Below, one piece after another: positions 57,009-64,000 of a stretch of DNA of 64,000 nucleotides; position 1 is the stretch's first letter; every line of letters begins with the position of its first letter. The position numbers and the translations under genes are program-made. A model generated the notes under the pieces. It was not told the DNA's origin and made no database searches. It saw only the letters and a list, made by a program, of their open reading frames with translations. The stretch comes from Polyangiaceae bacterium (GTDB taxonomy: Bacteria; Myxococcota_A; Polyangia; Polyangiales; Polyangiaceae): positions 3,104,001 through 3,168,000 of the forward strand of contig CBDCTZ010000016.1 in assembly GCA_965222375.1 (NCBI GenBank), given 5' to 3'.

Positions 57009-58145
57009 CTATTGGACGACGATCTCTGCACGAAGCGCGCCAGCTGTGCGAAGGGCTTGCAGCAAACTTGCAAGCTCGCGCGGAGGAACCCCGAATGCGC
57101 TCAGGGCTTGAGCCACGTCTGCCAGTGATGCGGCGCCTCCCACATAGGAGAGGGTAGGTGGAGTCTTCTCCGCAGCTTCGACCTCCGTGCGGTTGACCAC
57201 GGTTGTCTCGCCTCCCGCGAGGGCCTCGGGCTGGCTCACCACCGGGGCCTCCTTGATCGTGATGGTGATTCCGCCTTGAGCGATCGCAACTGGAGAAAGC
57301 TGCACGTTGCCACCCGCAACGATGGTGCCCGTGCGTTCGTTGATGACCACCCTCGCGTTCGAAGACGGCGCAACGTCCACGTTGCCGACCCTAGCCAGAA
57401 GCTCTACGGGCTTGTTCTTCAGCTTCGCGGGAGCCTTGACGACGACCGTGCCGCCATCCACAGCTCGGGCGGAGCCCTTGCCGAATTCTTTGTTGACCGC
57501 TTCGACGATGCGTTGGGCGTTCGCAAAGTCCGGCGCACGCAAAGCCAGCTGGATCTTGCCCTTGCTCGAGAAAGTCGTCTTGATTTCGCGCTCCACCAAG
57601 GCCCCGGAGGGAATGCGCCCCGTCGTGGTGGAGTTGCTCTGCACCGAGCTGCCCGAGGCGCCACCTGCCGAAAACCCACCGACCAGTAGCGGTCCTTGAG
57701 ACACCGCATAGGTACGCCGGTCTGCGCCGCGCAGGGGCGTCTGCACCAAGACACCGCCCCGCAGGCTGCGGGCGTTTCCTATGGACGAGACCGTGACGTC
57801 CAGTTTGGAGCCCGCCCGAGAGAAGGGCGGAATCGTCGACGTGACTAGAACGGCCGCCACATTGCGAAGCCGCAATTGGCGGGCGCCGACCTGGACCCCG
57901 AGCCGACGCAGCAAAGACATCAAGGACTGTGCGGCAAACGGGGCTGATACGTCGTCGCCGGTACCGTTGAGGCCCACGACGACGCCGTAACCGACCAGCT
58001 GGTTGTCTCGGGCTCCCACCACATCGCACAGATCCCGGATCTTGTCGGCTTGCGCCGGCCTTGGAGCCAAGACGATGCCGAGCAATAGGGTGGCCGTCAG
58101 GGCTACGCGAGGCAGAGTGGTCAAGAATGTCGATGGCTGGTGCAT
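57009..58145 (-). CDS. flgI: Flagellar P-ring protein FlgI
   Basis: G.RDNQLVGYGVVVGL.GTGD, VSSIGNA.SL.GG.L..TPL, VINERTGTIV. Confidence 0.95.
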   Translation of the reverse strand: MHQPSTFLTTLPRVALTATLLLGIVLAPRPAQADKIRDLCDVVGARDNQLVGYGVVVGLNGTGDDVSAPFAAQSLMSLLRRLGVQVGARQLRLRNVAAVLVTSTIPPFSRAGSKLDVTVSSIGNARSLRGGVLVQTPLRGADRRTYAVSQGPLLVGGFSAGGASGSSVQSNSTTTGRIPSGALVEREIKTTFSSKGKIQLALRAPDFANAQRIVEAVNKEFGKGSARAVDGGTVVVKAPAKLKNKPVELLARVGNVDVAPSSNARVVINERTGTIVAGGNVQLSPVAIAQGGITITIKEAPVVSQPEALAGGETTVVNRTEVEAAEKTPPTLSYVGGAASLADVAQALSAFGVPPRELASLLQALRTAGALRAEIVVQ

Positions 58146-58157
58146 GGGTGTGGTTGT

Positions 58158-58856
58158 TCAGAATGGATTGATGGAGTCCAGGATCTTGGTCAGCCAGCCA
58201 CGCTCCACTTGGTCGGCGATATCCCCTCGTCCCGTGAACTCGACGCGAGCGTCGGCGATGCGAGTCGAGGCCACGGAGTTGTCTTGGTCGATGTCCGACG
58301 GGCGGATCACGCCGGAGATGTAGAGGTGGTATTCTTCCAGATTGAGCATCACGACCTTCGTGCCCTCGACGAATAGGTCACCGTTGGGCAGCTCCTTCTT
58401 GACCCGAACGCCGATCATGCCTTTGAGCTTTCCGGCGCGTTGGGTCTTGCCCTCGCCCGCAAAGTCAAACTCGCTGGCCATGGCCAGGAGGTTCTCGGGG
58501 TCGATATTGGGATAGGCTTTCTGGATCGCGGGCACCAAGCCGAGCAGGGCGCTCACGTTGGCCTCTCGGCTGGAGCCCTTGGCCAAGTTGGTTGACGCGC
58601 CGCCTTTGGCATCGGCTTCTTCTTGAATGCGGACTAGTACGACGTCTCCCACCCGCAGCGCGCGCGTGTCCTCGAGGTAGCCGGGCTGTGCTTCCGAGTA
58701 GATGGAACCCGTAGAAGGTTCGTAGTCCTTCTGGGTGGCCGCATACTCTCCCACGTCGTATTTGCGTTGGCGTGGCTTGAATGGACGAATGTGGGGTGGC
58801 CCACATGCACCCAGGGTGAGTACGGCAAGGCCGAGCAGTGCGCTACGGCGGTTCAA
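58158..58856 (-). CDS. flgH: Flagellar L-ring protein FlgH
   Basis: Lipobox LGAC, D.RA..VGD, LPNG.L.VEG.K, SGVIRP.DI, ST.IADA, GWL. Confidence 0.94.
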   Translation of the reverse strand: MNRRSALLGLAVLTLGACGPPHIRPFKPRQRKYDVGEYAATQKDYEPSTGSIYSEAQPGYLEDTRALRVGDVVLVRIQEEADAKGGASTNLAKGSSREANVSALLGLVPAIQKAYPNIDPENLLAMASEFDFAGEGKTQRAGKLKGMIGVRVKKELPNGDLFVEGTKVVMLNLEEYHLYISGVIRPSDIDQDNSVASTRIADARVEFTGRGDIADQVERGWLTKILDSINPF

Positions 58857-59596
58857 GCGCCGCCTCCCACTACCTTGGCCGTACTTCCGGAGGTGACGCG
58901 GGCTCGAAGGATCTTCTTCGTGGACTCGACGCGAAATCGACCCACTTCATGCAGGTCCACGTCTGCCAGCGCCACCGCGGTTGCGGCCACACGGGCAGGT
59001 CCACGTTCGATCACCAGATAGACCCGGGCGCCCCGGGCGATGGTTGAGCGGGCGCCGTTCTCGTCGATGTCCAGGACCGCGGCCACGGGCGCGCGCGCGA
59101 CGATCCGCCCGTCCGCCCGCCACGCAATCGTCACCGTGGTCGTGGTCGTGCCGACGCGCTTGGGCAGCTTGGGGATCTTGGCCACCGTGAGCTTGGCGGA
59201 TTTGGGAGTGGTCACGCTCCGGCGAACCGACAGCCGCTTGAGCACGATCCCCTGGCTGAGGCGAGCCGTGATCAGCGGTGACGCCGCGCTCTCGATATCC
59301 GCGGGGCCCCAGCGCTTGGAGGCTGTGACGATGCGCACGACCTTTGGCAACTTGACTTCCTTGGGTTTGGCACCGGCGCTACGAATCGCTCGGGCGAGCT
59401 CCGCGCGGGCGATCAACCTCGAGCTGCCCGCGGGCGGCGCGGGCCCTAGATCGATACCGGCGAGATCCTCGGGTGCCGTCGGAACGACGTCCTTCAGCGT
59501 CACCCGCGCCCCGTCGACGGTGCGTTCGGGCTGTGCGCTACTGGCCGGACGTGCCGCCAGCAGAATGAATGCAAGGAGCCAGGCCGAGCGCTTCAC
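58853..59596 (-). CDS. flgA: Probable P-ring formation chaperone FlgA
   Basis: Signal peptide, VTL.DV, LG.AP..G.SR, C-terminal I.RG..V...A.AL..S.K...ARV; located between flgG and flgH. Confidence 0.75.
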   Translation of the reverse strand: MKRSAWLLAFILLAARPASSAQPERTVDGARVTLKDVVPTAPEDLAGIDLGPAPPAGSSRLIARAELARAIRSAGAKPKEVKLPKVVRIVTASKRWGPADIESAASPLITARLSQGIVLKRLSVRRSVTTPKSAKLTVAKIPKLPKRVGTTTTTVTIAWRADGRIVARAPVAAVLDIDENGARSTIARGARVYLVIERGPARVAATAVALADVDLHEVGRFRVESTKKILRARVTSGSTAKVVGGGA

Positions 59597-59598
59597 CG

Positions 59599-60384
59599 TT
59601 ACCTCATTTGAGAAGCTGCACGCAGCATCTCGTCGGCGGTGCTGATGACCTTGGAGTTGATCTCGTAGGCGCGCTGGGCGCTGATGAGCCCAATCATCTC
59701 CTCGACAATGTCGACGTTGGCTTGCTCCAACGCCCCCTGAAGCAGCGTGCCGCGTCCGTCACTGCCAGGTTCGCCGAGCTGCGCCTCTCCGCTCGCGGCC
59801 GACGGCAAAAATAGGTTGTGCCCCACGGCGTTGAGCCCCGCAGGATTGACGAAAGTCGCGATGGAGAGTTGTCCCAACTCGACGGGTGCGGGCTGACCGT
59901 TGACGGTCGCGGAAATGGTTCCATTAGCCGCGACGGAAATCCCTGTCGCCTCCGCCGGTACACTGACCGGCGGGTCGAGGGGGTAGCCCTCGGCGTTGAC
60001 GACGCGGCCATCCCCATCCAGGCGCAGCGCGCCGTTTCGAGTGTAGGCCGGCGTACCGTCGGGCTGTTGCACCACGAAGAAGCCTTGCCCCTCGACAGCC
60101 ACGTCTAGGGGATTGTTGGTGGTTGTAATGGTGCCCTGCTCGAAGAGCTTGACCATGCCGATGACGCGAACGCCGTTTCCGATCTGGAGCCCCGTGGGCG
60201 ACCGGGTCGTGGGACCTGTCGGTGCGCCCGGCGCGCGCACCGTTTGGTACAGCAAGTCTTGAAAGTCGACTCGCTGCTTCTTGTAGCCAACGGTGTTTGC
60301 GTTGGCGATGTTGTGCGAGATCCCTTCGAGGTGCATCTCTTGGGCGGACATGCCGGTTGCGGCGATGTTCAGCGATCGGAACAT
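59599..60384 (-). CDS. flgG: Flagellar distal rod protein FlgG
   Basis: AATGM.AQ, NIANANT.GYK, FQDLLYQ, AQRAYEINSK. Confidence 0.96.
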   Translation of the reverse strand: MFRSLNIAATGMSAQEMHLEGISHNIANANTVGYKKQRVDFQDLLYQTVRAPGAPTGPTTRSPTGLQIGNGVRVIGMVKLFEQGTITTTNNPLDVAVEGQGFFVVQQPDGTPAYTRNGALRLDGDGRVVNAEGYPLDPPVSVPAEATGISVAANGTISATVNGQPAPVELGQLSIATFVNPAGLNAVGHNLFLPSAASGEAQLGEPGSDGRGTLLQGALEQANVDIVEEMIGLISAQRAYEINSKVISTADEMLRAASQMR

Positions 60385-60396
60385 ACGAGCTAGTTG

Positions 60397-60412
60397 TGCA
60401 ACTAAGGTGCCA
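60397..60412 (-). promoter_or_regulatory. sigma54 promoter of the flgG operon
   Basis: TGGCACCTTAGTTGCA, near-perfect TGGCAC-N5-TTGC. Confidence 0.85.
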
Positions 60413-60432
60413 GTGCGCTGGCGGCTTCAGAC

Positions 60433-60801
60433 TCAGCCGTCCGCGCTGGCGTCGCTGGCGTCACTTTCGCCGCTATCTGCCGCGTCTACATCAGCTGCGT
60501 CGTCTAAAGAATCCGTGGGGGCGTCCGTTGAGGCATCTGTAGGAGCGCTGGCATCCGCGTCGATCGACGCATCCTTGGCGCTCGCTTCCGTCAAAGCGTC
60601 GACGCCGACATCTTTGGCCGCGTCCAGGTCGGGCCCTGCGTCAGTCGCGGCTGCAGGGGTTTCCGATACACAGCTGCCTGATTGGCAAACTTCTCCACTC
60701 GCGCAATCCGAGTGCCGCAAGCAGGACCCATCCTCCGCACACCCTGGAGTGATGACGCTTAGGGCTAGCGCGAGCAGGCCGTGACTGGTTCTACAGGCCA
60801 A
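60433..60801 (-). CDS. Small Cys-motif lipoprotein with Asp/Ala-rich tail
   Basis: Lipobox TPGC, C...SDC..GEVC..G.C, DA repeats. Confidence 0.55.
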   Translation of the reverse strand: MACRTSHGLLALALSVITPGCAEDGSCLRHSDCASGEVCQSGSCVSETPAAATDAGPDLDAAKDVGVDALTEASAKDASIDADASAPTDASTDAPTDSLDDAADVDAADSGESDASDASADG

Positions 60802-61312
60802 GGCGCACTCCCGCCGAAAGCAGTCCCCACATCAGCACGCTATCGCCGGGCAAGTCGCTCCCTAGCGGCATGGCCGAGAAAGACGGCTCGACAAAGATGC
60901 CGACTCGCTCCCCAAAGGGGATGATGAAGTGGCCTCCGAAGGTGCCCCCGAACAGCGTTTCTGGCGCGATCGTTCCGATCACCCCGGCATAGACGCCCAC
61001 TGTGGGATGGATCCACCGGGCGTAGCGTGCTTCCCCACCAACGCTGCCGCGCTTTTCGATCTCGGCAAAGGCCCGAAAGGCAGTGCCGTCGCTTTCGTTT
61101 TCGTCCGTGCGAAGTTGGAGCCCCGCGACGATGCGGGTTCGAGCTCGTTGCCACTCGAGACTTCCGCTTCCTGGGTCCGCACCTTCCACCCCGGTGGCAA
61201 GCCCCGCCTCTCCGTCAATCAGCCAACCCTCACCGGCCCAGGCTGACGTGGCCCAGAGCAAAGACAGCGCGGCGGCCGACGCCTTGGGGAGCCAATTCGA
61301 ACAGGAGCGCAT
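60791..61312 (-). CDS. Hypothetical secreted/outer-membrane beta-strand protein
   Basis: Signal peptide AWA, amphipathic strands, C-terminal GVRLGL; start approximate. Confidence 0.55.
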   Translation of the reverse strand: MRSCSNWLPKASAAALSLLWATSAWAGEGWLIDGEAGLATGVEGADPGSGSLEWQRARTRIVAGLQLRTDENESDGTAFRAFAEIEKRGSVGGEARYARWIHPTVGVYAGVIGTIAPETLFGGTFGGHFIIPFGERVGIFVEPSFSAMPLGSDLPGDSVLMWGLLSAGVRLGL

Positions 61313-61370
61313 CGCATCGACACAGAGAGCAAGCTTCGAGCCAGATCGGTTCGATGACGCGCTCGTAACC

Positions 61371-62489
61371 TCACGCTGCTTTCGGCGCGATGCGCTTACG
61401 CTTGAGCATCTCGACCAGCGTGGTGCGGTTGAGGCCAAGCAGCTCAGCCGCCTGCTTCTTATTCCAATTGGTTCGCTCGAGGGCCTGGCGGATCAGGTGG
61501 TTTTCGAAGGATTCCACCGTGTTGCGCAGGTCGAGCCCGGTGTCCGGTAGGCGCGGGGACACGCGGCGCTCTTGGCCCAGTCCGCAAACCCGCGAGGGCA
61601 AGTCCCGCGGCATGATCGTGTCGCTGTTGCAGAGCAGGACGGCACGTTCGATGGTGTTCTCGAGCTCGCGAACGTTGCCGGGCCAGGGGTACTCCGCGAG
61701 GAGTTGCGCGGCGGAACGGTTGATCTGCGAGACGCTGCGTCCAGTTTTTTCGTTCGCGCGCTTGAGAAAGTGGTGGACCAGTAGCGGAATGTCCTCCTGC
61801 CGCTCCCGCATTGGGGGCACGTGCAAGTGAATGACGTTGAGTCGGTAGTACAAGTCCTCGCGAAATCGACCGTCTCGGACAGCTTCTTCGAGGTTGATGT
61901 TGGTTGCCGCGACGATGCGCACATCCGCGTTCATGGTGCGAGTGTCGCCCACCGGCGAGAACTCACGGCTTTGCAGGACCCGGAGCAGCTTGACCTGCAG
62001 CGACAGAGGCAGCTCCCCAATCTCGTCCAAGAAGAGCGTGCCACCCTGGGCTTGTGCTATCCGACCGACCTTGTTCGCGTGGGCGCCGGTGAAGGCGCCA
62101 CGGGCGTGGCCGAAGAGTTCACTCTCGAGCAATGCTTCCGGGATGGCGCCACAGTTCACGGCGACGAAGGGCTTGTCCACTCGCGGGCTGGCATTGTGCA
62201 CGGCGCGGGCGACGAGCTCTTTTCCGGTTCCGCTATCCCCGGTGACCAAGATCGTGCAGGTCGTATCCGCGACCCGGTCGACCACTCGGTACACGTCGAC
62301 GAGGGATTCGGCGCTACCGATCACTCCGGACATGCTCTTGGGGTGAGCGGGAAGATCGAGGTCATCCTCGACCACCGGCGTCTGCGCTAGTTTCCGCGTG
62401 CAGGATGCCGGGTAGACCCCGGAGTCGAATTCTTCGAAGTTGTGTTGGCCCCCCAAGTTCTCGTCTTGCATCCGCGCCGCTTCGAGCAT
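61371..62489 (-). CDS. sigma54-dependent activator (AAA+ and Fis HTH), FleQ/FlrA-like master regulator candidate
   Basis: GDSGTGKE, ESELFGH..GAFTGA, FLDEIGE, WPGNVREL, LGLNRTTLVE; SD AAGGAGG; divergent from flgB. Confidence 0.88.
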   Translation of the reverse strand: MLEAARMQDENLGGQHNFEEFDSGVYPASCTRKLAQTPVVEDDLDLPAHPKSMSGVIGSAESLVDVYRVVDRVADTTCTILVTGDSGTGKELVARAVHNASPRVDKPFVAVNCGAIPEALLESELFGHARGAFTGAHANKVGRIAQAQGGTLFLDEIGELPLSLQVKLLRVLQSREFSPVGDTRTMNADVRIVAATNINLEEAVRDGRFREDLYYRLNVIHLHVPPMRERQEDIPLLVHHFLKRANEKTGRSVSQINRSAAQLLAEYPWPGNVRELENTIERAVLLCNSDTIMPRDLPSRVCGLGQERRVSPRLPDTGLDLRNTVESFENHLIRQALERTNWNKKQAAELLGLNRTTLVEMLKRKRIAPKAA

Positions 62490-62646
62490 TTTGAGCCTCC
62501 TTAAGTTCCCGTGAATGTCGGTAGCGGGAGTGCACCAAAGCAATGCGCGGTCCATCATGTCGAAAGGCTGACGATCACCGGGAAATACGTTGGCGCGTCA
62601 GGCCGCTGACTGGGTCGCCGAGGTCAGGAATGACCCACCCTTCGCC

Positions 62647-62692
62647 TGTGGATAAGTCTTGGATCCCCCGGCTTTTCCACAGTTTGTTCACG
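62647..62692. promoter_or_regulatory. Cluster of DnaA-box-like 9-mers
   Basis: TGTGGATAA (perfect, 62647-62655), TTTTCCACA (62673-62681), TTGTTCACG (62684-62692). Confidence 0.5.
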
Positions 62693-62850
62693 GCGTCCAA
62701 AGGGGGGTCACAATTGACCCAGGGTGGGTCAGCGGCGCGTGCGATTGTGCTCCATGTGACCCAACGGTCGTGGCCGACAAACCTTGAGCGCGTCTGGAGC
62801 ACTCGACCTCCCGCGCGGCTGACCTCGGTGGGTAGCGATCAGGAGATGAG

Positions 62851-63066
62851 TTGGGTTTGGGGTCGAGCACAGCTGCACGTTGGGCCACTGCTCCCGAGCT
62901 AGGCCACGGCTGACGCCGGCGTACTTCCGCGTCCCCGGACGCGCGGCTCGGGGGAGCGACAGATCCGCCCAAGGCGGCGTCAGGGGGTTGCCGCGACGGC
63001 GGGGTGGCACGACCCCATGCGAGAGTAGCGACCCAGCGCCGCCCTAGTGCCGCGACCCAAACCCAA
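62851..63066. repeat. Inverted pair of dispersed bipartite repeat
   Basis: TTGGGTTTGGGGTCG-N16-GGGCCACTGCTCCCG (62851-62896) and CGAGAGTAGCGACCC-N18-CGACCCAAACCCAA (63020-63066). Confidence 0.75.
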
Positions 63067-63069
63067 AGC

Positions 63070-63084
63070 TGGCATGGCGTGTGC
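63070..63084 (+). promoter_or_regulatory. sigma54 promoter of flgBC
   Basis: TGGCATGGCGTGTGC (GG-N10-GC). Confidence 0.7.
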
Positions 63085-63098
63085 TCGTTGCTTGCGGC

Positions 63099-63494
63099 GT
63101 GAGTGATCTGTTTGCGTCGATAGCCCCATTGAATGTCGCGATGGACTACCACCTCGAGCGGCACAACGTGCTCGCGTCGAACATCGCGCACGTGGATACA
63201 CCGGGGTATCGCCCTAAGGACATGGCACGGGTCGAGGGCTTCGACGCTGTGTTTGGCGTTGCCTTGCGGCGCACCAGTGAGCGTCACTTGCTTGGCGGCG
63301 CCGTCGGCACGCCGACGTTCGGCCGGGTTTTCGACGACCCGACAGCAGGAGCCGGCAACGATGGCAACTACGTCTCCATCGACCGCGAAGCTTCCAAGAT
63401 TGCCGCAAACCACCTGCGCTACGACGTCACTAGCGCGATTGTGCGGGCTGAACTGCGTCAACTTCGTTTTGCCGCCAATGAGGGCCGCGGATGA
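63099..63494 (+). CDS. flgB: Flagellar proximal rod protein FlgB
   Basis: R..VLASNIAHVDTPGY.PKD, DGNYVSIDRE, N.LRY. Confidence 0.93.
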   Translation: MSDLFASIAPLNVAMDYHLERHNVLASNIAHVDTPGYRPKDMARVEGFDAVFGVALRRTSERHLLGGAVGTPTFGRVFDDPTAGAGNDGNYVSIDREASKIAANHLRYDVTSAIVRAELRQLRFAANEGRG

Positions 63495-63518
63495 CCTCTG
63501 AGCTGAAAGGATCCTGAA

Positions 63519-63953
63519 ATGCTGGGCGTTTTTAGTGCAATGGAAGTCGCCGCCTCTGGGCTCTCGGCCCAGCGGATCCGGATGAACACGATCGCGGGGA
63601 ATCTGGCGAACGCTCGGACGACTCAGACCGCCGAAGGCGGTCCTTACCGCCGTATTGATCCCCTGTTCGAGGCGGTTGGGCTGGATCGCAGCCGCGGCGC
63701 TTTCGCTCAGAGCCGCGGGGTGTCCAAGGTCCAAGTCACGCGTTTGGTGGCGGATGAGCGACCCGGCCAGATGATGTTCGAGCCCGGGCATCCCGATGCA
63801 AATGCCGACGGATACGTAGAGTATCCCAACGTCAACGCCGTCGAGGAGATGGTCAACATGATCACGGCTTCCCGTGCTTATGAGGCGGGAGTGACCTCCA
63901 TCGACACTATCAAGCAGATGGCCCGGTCAGCGGTCGAAATCGGTAAGGGCTGA
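63519..63953 (+). CDS. flgC: Flagellar proximal rod protein FlgC
   Basis: SGL.AQR.RMN.I..NLANA, PGHPDA...GYV.YPNVN..EEM, ASRAYEA. Confidence 0.95.
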   Translation: MLGVFSAMEVAASGLSAQRIRMNTIAGNLANARTTQTAEGGPYRRIDPLFEAVGLDRSRGAFAQSRGVSKVQVTRLVADERPGQMMFEPGHPDANADGYVEYPNVNAVEEMVNMITASRAYEAGVTSIDTIKQMARSAVEIGKG

Positions 63954-63955
63954 TC

Positions 63956-64000
63956 GTGATTGTCGTTGACGGCCCGACGATCCCTCTGCGGATCCCTGAG
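63956..64000 (+). CDS. Start of next gene (possibly fliE), truncated by window end
   Basis: GTG 2 nt after the flgC stop, open to the end; identity from usual gene order only. Confidence 0.3.
   Translation, partial: MIVVDGPTIPLRIPE

Noticed and set aside
62600..62760. Chromosomal origin oriC
   Set aside because: Few boxes, no AT-rich unwinding element, no dnaA/dnaN nearby

Overview
GC-rich bacterial window. By inference from its Cys-rich/Gly-linker lipoproteins, vWA lipoproteins, a C-terminal CECDPADPLCTCL motif and the IS21 type, it is from a myxobacterium (Myxococcota, Polyangiales-like). 1-15.8 kb holds ordinary metabolic and secreted-protein genes: PLP enzyme, SDRs, acyltransferase, Cu monooxygenase-like protein, FadR-GMC operon, ECF sigma plus anti-sigma/vWA, tryptophan 2,3-dioxygenase and a Cys-rich lipoprotein. 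16-64 kb is a large, apparently intact flagellar/chemotaxis island, which is unexpected for classically non-flagellated myxobacteria. It contains flgBC, a FleQ-like sigma54 activator, flgGAHIJMNKL, csrA, maf, two short flagellins, fliDS, cheY/cheX, cheAW-mcp-cheBR, motAB and a displaced flgF, with recognisable sigma54 and sigma28 promoters. Embedded in it are an unusual ulosonic-acid operon (short NeuB, epimerase, Gfo-NeuA-SDR, KdsC-GmhA fusion), an arsR-gapdh-arsJ cassette and a decayed IS21 element. Non-coding highlights are a dispersed ~45-bp bipartite repeat family occurring as inverted pairs, a perfect 36-bp palindrome built from the same core, near-leaderless sigma54 promoters, FleQ-type GTCA-N6-TGAC sites, DnaA-box-like sites and a 33-bp-period repeat. 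No rRNA, tRNA or CRISPR was seen. All calls are by eye, without database searches.
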